Below are positions 18,571 through 26,536 of a stretch of DNA of 64,000 nt, one piece after another (the first letter of the stretch is position 1; every line of letters begins with the position of its first letter). The translations under genes and the position numbers were made by a program. Under the pieces are notes generated by a model. The model was not told the DNA's origin, did no database searches, and saw nothing but the letters and a program-made list of their open reading frames with translations. The DNA comes from Armatimonadota bacterium (lineage in GTDB: Bacteria; Armatimonadota; UBA10988): NCBI GenBank assembly GCA_016235455.1, contig JACRKZ010000130.1:1-64000 (forward strand), read 5' to 3'.

Positions 18571-19133
18571 GAGCGGTCCTCCAGGTAGGGGGCCAGCAGT
18601 GTGGCCAGGCGCGCGGTGCCGTGGTGCAGGCGCGAGCGGACCGTGCCGATGGGAATGTGCAGCACCCCGGCGATCTCGTCGTAGCTCAGCTCCTCGATGC
18701 AGCGCAGATGCACCGCCTCACGCTGGCCCGGCGGCAGATGGTCGATGGCTTCGCGCACCACGCCGGCCAACTCGCGGTTGAGCGCGGCCTGCGGCGGCGA
18801 GGTGCCCGAGTCGGGCAGGCTGTCGGTGTCCGCCTCCTCGGCCAGCCTCAGGGCGGGCCGACGCTGACGGCGGCAACAGCGCGCGGCGATGGTCAGCATC
18901 CAAGTGGTCAGCTTGGCCTCGCCGCGGAAGCTCGGCAGGGCGCGGTAGATGGCCACCCAGGCCTCCTGAGCGGCGTCGTCCGCGGTCTCGGGACCGACCA
19001 GCCGCCGCACGAAGGCGTAGATGCGTGGCCCATGGCGGGCCAGCAGCACGTCGAACGGCTCAACCAGCACGCCTGAGCGTAGCGCCAGTGCGGACGGTTC
19101 GGGTTCCGCTGCCACGGCATTTCTCCTACGCAT
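18567..19133 (-). CDS. ECF RNA polymerase sigma factor
   Basis: ADDAAQEAW..FRGEAKLTTWMLTIA (region 2), LSYDEIAGVLHIPIGTVRSRLHHG (region 4); ATGA overlap with anti-sigma/VWA gene; start uncertain. Confidence 0.92.
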   Translation of the reverse strand: MRRRNAVAAEPEPSALALRSGVLVEPFDVLLARHGPRIYAFVRRLVGPETADDAAQEAWVAIYRALPSFRGEAKLTTWMLTIAARCCRRQRRPALRLAEEADTDSLPDSGTSPPQAALNRELAGVVREAIDHLPPGQREAVHLRCIEELSYDEIAGVLHIPIGTVRSRLHHGTARLATLLAPYLEDRS

Positions 19134-19294
19134 GGGTATGTGCCCTTCCTGGCCACGGGAGTTCACGGCAATCGCGCCCGACTCACTTTGACCGGCCATC
19201 CTGGTCAAAACTGGCTATGCCGCGAACCCTCGCCGATCCAGCGTACTCCAAAGACTCGGCATCCCTCGTGACGACCAAGGAGCGTGGTTTCCCC

Positions 19295-20413
19295 GTGAGT
19301 GGCAAGTCTGGCACAACCAAGCCTCGCGCGTCGCGCAGTCGCGCGTCCAGCAAGCCCAAACCCGCGGCCGCGAAGCCGGCGGCGAGCCGGCCCAAGCCGG
19401 GCGGCCCGCGCGTGCCGTGGCTGACCACGCCGGTGATCGTGCTGCTGCTGGCCTCGTCGATGGTGCTGGGGCTGCTGGTGGCCAAGGGCGGCCAGATCCT
19501 GCCGGCGAGCTGGCGCCGGCCCGCCACCGTGCACCCAGACGGCCGGATCATCGGCGCCGAGCCCGCACCGCGTCGTGAGCAGCCCGAGTCGGCGGCGCAG
19601 ACCAAGACCGGCCCGGCCAAGACGGGCGAGGCCAAGGTCGCCGAGGCCAAGACGGTGCCCGCCAAGCCGACCGCGCCGGCCTTGCCCGAGTCGGCGCCGC
19701 GCGTGGCTGGCGTGCTGTCGCCCCAGGAGCGGCGCGCGCGGCTGGCCCAGGTGGTCCTGCCGTCGAGCTTTACTACCGAGTGGGGCGGTGGTGCCGCCGT
19801 GCTCCGCGAATCGGCCAACGAACTGGCCCAGGGCCGGGCGGCCGGTGGGCGCGTGGCCCTGACCTTCGACGCCCATTTCGACAGCCTGCCGGTGGACAAA
19901 CTGCTGGGTCTGCTGGCCGAACGGGGGCTGCGGGCCACCTTCTTCGTGACCGGCGCCTATGCCCGCAACGCGCCCGAGTCGGTCAAGAAGATCGCCGCGG
20001 CGGGCCACGAGATCGCCAACCACAGCGACACCCACGCCGCCTTCACCAAGCTGTCGGACGCCAAGTGCCTGGCCGAGCTGGAGCGCGCCGAGCAGTCCAT
20101 TTTGCCGCTGGCCGGCGCCGCTTACCGGCCCTACTGGCGGCCGCCGCTGGGTGACCGCAACCTGCGCGTGCTGCGGGTGGCCGTGCGCAACGGGTTCCTG
20201 CCGGTCTACTGGACCATCGACACGCTCGACTGGCGCAAGGAAGCCACGCCCGAGAGCGTGCAGGAACGCATCAGCGCGCAAGGGCTGGTGGGCGGCGCCA
20301 TCGTCCTGCAGCATGTGGGCAGCTCGGCCAGCGTGGCCTGCCTGCCCAGCGAGATCGCGCTGTTCCGCTCGCACAACCTGGTGCCCGGTTGCCTATCGGA
20401 GTTGTTGAGGTGA
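19295..20413 (+). CDS. Membrane-anchored polysaccharide deacetylase (CE4/NodB)
   Basis: VALTFDA, ATFFVTG, HEIANHSDTH, WRPPLG, WTIDTLDW, IVLQH; GTG start after AAGGAG; basic tail, TM and Pro/Ala linker. Confidence 0.88.
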   Translation: MSGKSGTTKPRASRSRASSKPKPAAAKPAASRPKPGGPRVPWLTTPVIVLLLASSMVLGLLVAKGGQILPASWRRPATVHPDGRIIGAEPAPRREQPESAAQTKTGPAKTGEAKVAEAKTVPAKPTAPALPESAPRVAGVLSPQERRARLAQVVLPSSFTTEWGGGAAVLRESANELAQGRAAGGRVALTFDAHFDSLPVDKLLGLLAERGLRATFFVTGAYARNAPESVKKIAAAGHEIANHSDTHAAFTKLSDAKCLAELERAEQSILPLAGAAYRPYWRPPLGDRNLRVLRVAVRNGFLPVYWTIDTLDWRKEATPESVQERISAQGLVGGAIVLQHVGSSASVACLPSEIALFRSHNLVPGCLSELLR

Positions 20414-22815
20414 AGATCGGCCTGAGTGGCGCTACCTGGGAGCTGGGACCGCGTGCGCTGCGCGCGCGGTGGCTCTTCGCGTCAGCCTGCCTGGGCATCG
20501 GTCTGGCCGGTGGGGGCCGGCCCTGCCTGACCACCGCGCTGGTGGTCGCCGGCTACAACCTGCTGCTGCTCGGCGTCGCGCGCCGCCGCCGTCCGGCGGC
20601 CGCCTCGATCCTGGTGCAACTGCTGGTAGACAGCTTGGCCACGGCCGTGGCCATCCACTACGGCCGCACGCTCACGCCCGCGGCGCAACTGTTGTTCCTC
20701 TTCCCGCTGTGCCAGGCGGCGTTGCTGTGGCCGGGCGAGGGCCTGTTCCTCACTGCCGGCGCCTGCGGCGTGGCCTACGCGCTGGGCGACTGGGCCGGGG
20801 TGATGGGCTGGTGGCCGCCCAATCCCGCGTTCGACCCCGCCGATCCGGCGATCAGTTCGCTGGCCGCGGTGGCGCTGGTGCTGGGCGCCCTGCTGGCGGC
20901 GGCGGCCGGACTTAACCGCCTGGTGATCGCCCTGGCCGGCACCGAGCAGCGGCTCGACGCCAGTCAGCGCGACTACAAGCGACTGGCCGAGGGCCTGGAG
21001 GTGCAGGTGCGCGAACGCACCGAGGACCTGTGGCATACCAACGACCAACTCGTGGCTCGCCACCGCCAGATGACTCGCCTGCAAGAGGTGGACGCCGCCA
21101 TCCACAGCTCGGAGAACATGAGCACGGTGCTCCAACGCGTGTGCGACGGGGTCAGCGAGTTCCTGCCCGAGACGCTCTGCGCCACGCTGCTGGTCGGCGA
21201 CGACGGGCACCTGGCCCTGGCGCGTGCCTCGCGCAGCGCCGAGCGCCACCTGGCCGCGGTGGAGTCCATCCTTGGCCGGCCGCTGAGCGAGTGCCGGCTG
21301 GCGCTCACGCCGGGTACACCGGCCGCCTATGCGGTGCGTTCGCGCGAGCCAGTCATCACCCACGACGTGGCGCGGCTGACCGCGGCGCATGTCGGTTCGC
21401 CGCTGACCCAGGCGCTGTTGCCCGACATCACCCGCGTGCTGGCCCTGGCCAGCGCCGTGGTGCTGCCGCTGGCGGCCGATGGCGAGTGCCTGGGCCTGCT
21501 CGTGGTTGGCTCCCGGCGCACGCTCAGCCGTGACGACACCGAGCCCGTGCGCGCCTTCGCCACGCAGGCCGCCATCGCGCTGAGCCGCGTGCGCCGCGCC
21601 GAGGCCCTGCGCGACCAGCAGACGGCGCTGCGCAGCGCCTATGAGGAACTGGCCCGCAGCCAGGAAGCGGCCATCGCCACCGAGCGCATGAGAGCCGTGG
21701 GCGAGATGACCAGCGGCATCGCACACAATTTCAACAACGCGCTGACGACCATCATGGGCGTCACGCAACTGGTCATGCAGCGGCCCGAACTGCCACCGGA
21801 CATCCACGACAAGCTCAAGCGCGTCGAGGGTGCCGCTGAAGATGCCGCGGTCATGGTCAAGCGCCTGCGCGGGTTCATCAAGGCCGGGCTGGACGCGGTC
21901 GCCCAGGCCGACTTCAACGACCTGGTGGACGACGTGGTGGGCTTCACCGACACCGTCTGGTGCCATGGCCCGCTGCGCGCCGACGCGCCCATCGACCTCA
22001 ACTTCGAGCCCGGCGCCACGCAGTCGGTGCTGGTCGAGGCCACGGCCATCCGCGAGGTCATCACCAACCTCATCCTCAACGCGGTGAAGGCCATGCCCGA
22101 CGGCGGCCGGCTGGACCTGCGCACGTGGGACGACGGGCCGCGCGTGGCGCTGAGTGTGCGCGACACCGGCGTAGGCATGGCGCCCGAGGTGCGGCGGCGC
22201 TGCTTCGAGCCGTTCTATACCACCGGCGGCGAGGAAGGCACGGGCCTGGGCCTGTCGCTGGCGCAGTCGGTCATCCAGCGCCATGGCGGCCAGATCCATG
22301 TGGACAGCACGCTGGGCGTGGGCACCACCTTCACGCTGTGGCTGCCGGCGACCGAATCGCAACAGTGCGTCGGTGCCAGCGAGCCTGGCGACGGCTGGAC
22401 GCCGACCGCCGTGGGCGACGACACGGCAGGACTGAGGCCGCTGCACGTGCTGCTGGTGGACGACCACGCCGGCGTGCGCCAGACGCTGGGCAACCTGTTG
22501 CAGGCCACCGGCCACGCCGTGACGCTGGCCAACAACGGTGACCAGGCGTTGGCCATGTTCGACCCACGCCGGCACGACGTGGTCATCACCGACTGGGCTA
22601 TGCCGGGCATGTCGGGCCTGCAACTCGCCCGCGGCCTGAAGCAGGCCAGCCCCGGCACCCCCGTGCTGCTGGTCACCGGCTACGACTCGCCGCTACCGCC
22701 CGAGGCGCTGGCCAGCGCCGACATCGACCTGCGCCTGCAGAAGCCGATCTCCACGGCCGACCTGGCTCGCGCGCTGAGCCTTGTCACCCAGCCGCCGGAG
22801 GCGGCGGTCGGGTAG
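20410..22815 (+). CDS. Membrane-bound hybrid sensor histidine kinase (TM-GAF-HisKA-HATPase-REC)
   Basis: GIAHNFNN H-box, NLILNAVKAM, DTGVGM, FEPFYTT, GTGLGL; receiver LLVDD..TDWAMPGMSG..KP; GTGA overlap with upstream gene. Confidence 0.92.
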   Translation: MKIGLSGATWELGPRALRARWLFASACLGIGLAGGGRPCLTTALVVAGYNLLLLGVARRRRPAAASILVQLLVDSLATAVAIHYGRTLTPAAQLLFLFPLCQAALLWPGEGLFLTAGACGVAYALGDWAGVMGWWPPNPAFDPADPAISSLAAVALVLGALLAAAAGLNRLVIALAGTEQRLDASQRDYKRLAEGLEVQVRERTEDLWHTNDQLVARHRQMTRLQEVDAAIHSSENMSTVLQRVCDGVSEFLPETLCATLLVGDDGHLALARASRSAERHLAAVESILGRPLSECRLALTPGTPAAYAVRSREPVITHDVARLTAAHVGSPLTQALLPDITRVLALASAVVLPLAADGECLGLLVVGSRRTLSRDDTEPVRAFATQAAIALSRVRRAEALRDQQTALRSAYEELARSQEAAIATERMRAVGEMTSGIAHNFNNALTTIMGVTQLVMQRPELPPDIHDKLKRVEGAAEDAAVMVKRLRGFIKAGLDAVAQADFNDLVDDVVGFTDTVWCHGPLRADAPIDLNFEPGATQSVLVEATAIREVITNLILNAVKAMPDGGRLDLRTWDDGPRVALSVRDTGVGMAPEVRRRCFEPFYTTGGEEGTGLGLSLAQSVIQRHGGQIHVDSTLGVGTTFTLWLPATESQQCVGASEPGDGWTPTAVGDDTAGLRPLHVLLVDDHAGVRQTLGNLLQATGHAVTLANNGDQALAMFDPRRHDVVITDWAMPGMSGLQLARGLKQASPGTPVLLVTGYDSPLPPEALASADIDLRLQKPISTADLARALSLVTQPPEAAVG

Positions 22816-22826
22816 GCGCGCAGCGC

Positions 22827-22976
22827 GGGGGACGTGAGCTGGCGCTCGCGCGGCGTAGGGCGTCGGGCGTAAGGGGTCAGCGACGGTCCGTGAGCGCGTG
22901 CGCCGAGCGGCCTACAGCCCAGGCGTTCCCCCACGCCCGACGCCCCACGCCGCGCGAGCCAACGGCTCGCGTCCCC
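22827..22976. repeat. Long imperfect inverted repeat (about 50-bp arms) between convergent genes
   Basis: 22827-22876 GGGGGACGTGAGCTGGCGCTCGCGCGGCGTAGGGCGTCGGGCGTAAGGGG pairs with 22928-22976. Confidence 0.8.
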
Positions 22977-22982
22977 GCCCGC

Positions 22983-25511
22983 CTACTTCTTCGCCCGCTT
23001 CGTCCCCGACACCGACACGCGCTGGCGCACTTCCTTCTCGGCGTCGTGGAAGACCTGGCCGCGCAGCGTGACCTTGAGCACGCCCAGCGAAGGCAGGCGG
23101 CGCACGAGCTCGTCAAGCTGGGCGCGGTTGATGAACTCGAGCTGCAGGCGGACGGTGGCGACGTGGTCACCGCTGGAGCGGATCGGCGCGGAGATGGTGT
23201 TGGCGCCGGTGATGTTGACACCGACCTCGCTCATCAGGCCCGCCAGATCGCGTAGCAGGCCCATGCGGTCGTTGGCGCGGATCTCCAGCGGCACGTCATA
23301 CAGGGCGTGCTCGGTCTCCTGCCACTCGATGTCCATGACGCGTTCGGGCTCGCGTTCGCGCAGGTGGCGCACATTGGCGCAATCGGCGCGGTGGATGGCG
23401 ATGCCGCTGCCGCGCGTCAGGTAGCCCACGATGGGGTCGCCAGGCAAGGGCAAGCAGCACTTGCTGCGGCGGAACATGACGTCGCTGGCGCCGGCCACGT
23501 TGAGCCGGCCCTGCTCGGCGCCGGCCTGAGCCGCGCGCGTGGCGATGGTCTCCACCTCTTCGGTGATGCCCGCCGCCTTCTCGGCCTCCTCGACGTCGGT
23601 CAGGATCTGGTGGAGCACGCCCTCGGCCGAGACGATGCGGTCGCCCAGCGCGGTGAGCAGATGCTCATCGGTGGCGAAGCTGCGGCGACGCGCCACACGT
23701 GTCAGCACATCCTCCACCGGCTGCTCGGGCTCGCGCCGGCGGTAGGTGGGGGGCAGTTGGCGGTCGCGGCGGAACAGGTCCTTGAGGTCGAGCTTCTGGC
23801 GCACGGCCTCGGCTTCGAGCAACTGCTGACCCGCCTCGACCAGCGTCTCGCGCTCCTTGCGCCGCAGATAGGCGCGGATGCGGGCGCGCGCCGTGGCCGT
23901 CTTGACGAAGCCCAACCAGTCGCGTGACGGGCCGGTGTTGCGCTGGCGCAGGATCTCGACGGTGTCGCCGTTGCTCAGCGCGTGGTTTAGCGGCTGGATG
24001 CGACGGTTGACCTTGGCGCCGATGCAGTTGTGGCCCACCTCGGTGTGGATGCGGTAGGCAAAGTCGACCACGGTGGCGCCCTTGGGCAGGTCGATGACCT
24101 CGCCCTTGGGCGTGTAGACGAAGATCTCCTCGTCCCACAGGCTGGCCTCGACCTCGCTCAGGAAGTCGCTCTCGCCCTCCTCGGTGTCGGCGCCGGGATC
24201 GCTGTCACGGGCCATCTCAAAGAGCTGGCGCATCATGGTCAGGCGTTTGGCGAAGGCCTCGTCGATGACGCCGTCGGACTTGTAACGCCAGTGCGCGGCG
24301 ACGCCGTACTCGGCGGCGCGGTGCATTTCCTGGGTGCGGATCTGCACTTCCATCGGTCCGTGGCTGGGCACGATGACCTTGGTGTGAATCGACTGGTAGC
24401 CGTTGCCCTTGGCGTTGGAGATGTAGTCCGCGAAATGCTCGGGCTGATGCGGCCACAGGCTGTGGATGATGCCCAGCACCATGTAGCAGTGATGGTCGGT
24501 GTCGCAGATGACGCGGATGGCTTCGAGGTCGTAGATCTCCTCGAAGTCGATGCCCTGGCGCAACATCTTGTTGTAGATGCTGTACAGGTGCTTGGGCCGG
24601 CCGACGACGTCGACCTCGATCCCAGCCTTGGCGGTGGCCTCTTTGATGCGCGCCACCACGCCGTCGATCTCGGCCATGCGTTCGTCGCGGGTGCGCGCCA
24701 CGCGACGCTCGATCTCGAGGAACGCTTCGGGTTGGAGGTAGCGCAGAGCCAGGTCCTCCATCTCCCACTTGATGCGCCAGATGCCCAGCCGCTCGGCCAG
24801 CTTGGCGTAGATGACCTCGGACTCGCGGGCAATCTTGAGCTGCTTGGCGCGGCGCTTGGCATAGAGCGTCTGCATGTTGTGCAGGCGGTCGGCCAGCTTG
24901 ATGATCAGCACGCGCACATCCTGTGCGGCGGCCACCACCATGCGGCGCATGTTCTCGGCCTGCAGTCGGCGGTGTAGTTCGTCGTCGGAAGTGGTGTCGT
25001 CCTGGCCGGTGACATCGGCGAAGCGTACCGCGCTCAGGCGGGTCACGCCCTGGACGAGGTTGAAGACGACGTCGCCAAACTCCTCGCGCAGCCCCGTGGC
25101 CACCTCGTCCTTGAGCTTCTCGATGAACCGTTCCTGAGCCGTCAACTCGCGCTGGAGCTGCTCGGCCTGGCCCTTCTTGCCCGCGGCCTGGAGCTCTTCG
25201 AGGCGCACCCGGACGATCTTGAGTTCGCGTTCCTCATCCTGTGCGCAGTCTTCCACGGTGTCGTGCAACATGCAGGCGGCCAGGGCCATCTCGTCGGCCT
25301 CGATGTCGGCCAGAATGTGGCAGGCGGCCACGGGATGCGCGATGTACGGCTCGCCGCTCTGGCGCAGCTGCTTCTCGTGCACGTGCGCGGCAAACTCATA
25401 GGCGCGCTGCACGAACTCGCCGTCGGCGTCGGGCCGGTAGCGCTTGAGGCGCTCCAGCAGCTCGACGACCTCCTGGTCGATCATCGCCTTGGTCTTGGGC
25501 TCGGCGTTCAT
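22983..25511 (-). CDS. relA: Bifunctional (p)ppGpp synthetase/hydrolase RelA/SpoT
   Basis: RQSGEPYIAHP, HDTVED, IKLADRLHNM, GRPKHLYSIYNKM, NGYQSIHT, EVQIRT, TGS (VDFAYRIHT), CC motif, ACT; ATGA overlap with upstream glycosyltransferase. Confidence 0.96.
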   Translation of the reverse strand: MNAEPKTKAMIDQEVVELLERLKRYRPDADGEFVQRAYEFAAHVHEKQLRQSGEPYIAHPVAACHILADIEADEMALAACMLHDTVEDCAQDEERELKIVRVRLEELQAAGKKGQAEQLQRELTAQERFIEKLKDEVATGLREEFGDVVFNLVQGVTRLSAVRFADVTGQDDTTSDDELHRRLQAENMRRMVVAAAQDVRVLIIKLADRLHNMQTLYAKRRAKQLKIARESEVIYAKLAERLGIWRIKWEMEDLALRYLQPEAFLEIERRVARTRDERMAEIDGVVARIKEATAKAGIEVDVVGRPKHLYSIYNKMLRQGIDFEEIYDLEAIRVICDTDHHCYMVLGIIHSLWPHQPEHFADYISNAKGNGYQSIHTKVIVPSHGPMEVQIRTQEMHRAAEYGVAAHWRYKSDGVIDEAFAKRLTMMRQLFEMARDSDPGADTEEGESDFLSEVEASLWDEEIFVYTPKGEVIDLPKGATVVDFAYRIHTEVGHNCIGAKVNRRIQPLNHALSNGDTVEILRQRNTGPSRDWLGFVKTATARARIRAYLRRKERETLVEAGQQLLEAEAVRQKLDLKDLFRRDRQLPPTYRRREPEQPVEDVLTRVARRRSFATDEHLLTALGDRIVSAEGVLHQILTDVEEAEKAAGITEEVETIATRAAQAGAEQGRLNVAGASDVMFRRSKCCLPLPGDPIVGYLTRGSGIAIHRADCANVRHLREREPERVMDIEWQETEHALYDVPLEIRANDRMGLLRDLAGLMSEVGVNITGANTISAPIRSSGDHVATVRLQLEFINRAQLDELVRRLPSLGVLKVTLRGQVFHDAEKEVRQRVSVSGTKRAKK

Positions 25512-26359
25512 AGGCTCGGCTTCGCGCGCTGCAACATCACCCAGCACCGCAGCGCCAGCAAGGGCGACGCCAGCAGCGCGGCGGCGACGCCATAGTGTTT
25601 GCGCACATAAAGGTACATGCTTCGGTGATGGGCTTTGACCATCGCCGCGGGCTGTTGGTCGCTGGAGCGGCCGACCGCGTGGGTCACGCGGGCGCTGGGC
25701 AGATAGACCACGCGCCAGCCCGCGCGATGCGCCAGTAAACCCAAGTCCATATCTTCCACATACATGAAGTACCGCTCATCGAGCCCGCCCAGCGCCTCCA
25801 CCAGTTCAGCGCGGGCCAGCAGGCAGGCGCCCGACAGCCAGTCCACCTCGCGCGGCCCGCGATGGTTCCACTCTTCCATTAAGTATGACCGCGCGAAGCG
25901 GTTGTTGGGCAACCAACGCTCTAGCGGCGTGTTGCGGAACAGCAGCGCCGACACCGTCGGGAAACGGCGGCATGACGGCTGCAGTGAGCCATCGCGGTTG
26001 AGCAGCATGGGCCCGAGCAGGCCCACCTCGGGGTTCGCGTTGGCGTAGCGCACCAGTTGCTCCAGCGCGTCATCATGCACGATGGTGTCGGGATTGAGCA
26101 GCAGGCGGAAGCGGCCCGTGGCCTGCGCCAGACCGACGTTGTTGCCGCGCGCGAAGCCCAGGTTGCGCCCCGTGGCGATCAGCCTGACCCACGGATAGTC
26201 GCGCCGCACCAGGCGCGCCGAGCCGTCGCGACTGCCGTTGTCGACTACCACCACCTCGGTCGCCAGACGCGAACACGCGGGTACCAGCGAGGCCAGACAG
26301 CGGGCCAGGTCGTCGCGCGTGTTCCAGTTGACGATGATGATGCTCAGGTCATAGGGCAT
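25508..26359 (-). CDS. GT2 glycosyltransferase (WbbL-like rhamnosyltransferase)
   Basis: SIIIVNWNT, VVDNGSRDGS, NLGFARGNN, LLNPD, DWLSGACLL, DERYFMYVEDMD. Confidence 0.92.
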   Translation of the reverse strand: MPYDLSIIIVNWNTRDDLARCLASLVPACSRLATEVVVVDNGSRDGSARLVRRDYPWVRLIATGRNLGFARGNNVGLAQATGRFRLLLNPDTIVHDDALEQLVRYANANPEVGLLGPMLLNRDGSLQPSCRRFPTVSALLFRNTPLERWLPNNRFARSYLMEEWNHRGPREVDWLSGACLLARAELVEALGGLDERYFMYVEDMDLGLLAHRAGWRVVYLPSARVTHAVGRSSDQQPAAMVKAHHRSMYLYVRKHYGVAAALLASPLLALRCWVMLQRAKPSL

Positions 26360-26402
26360 GGAAGCCCATTGTGCGGGCCACCGGCGGGACTGTCAATCCG
26401 GC

Positions 26403-26474
26403 GCGGCGCAAGAAACGGTGTCAGGGACCGTTCTCGCGCACGAAAACGGTCCCTGACACCGTTTCTTGCGCCGC
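26403..26474. repeat. Perfect 30-bp inverted repeat (REP doublet/REPIN-like)
   Basis: GCGGCGCAAGAAACGGTGTCAGGGACCGTT (26403-26432) and its exact reverse complement (26445-26474). Confidence 0.9.
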
Positions 26475-26536
26475 AGCGAGTACACATCTGTGTCAAAATG
26501 GCGGTACACTTAGGCATGAGGGTCGGGAGGGTTACG

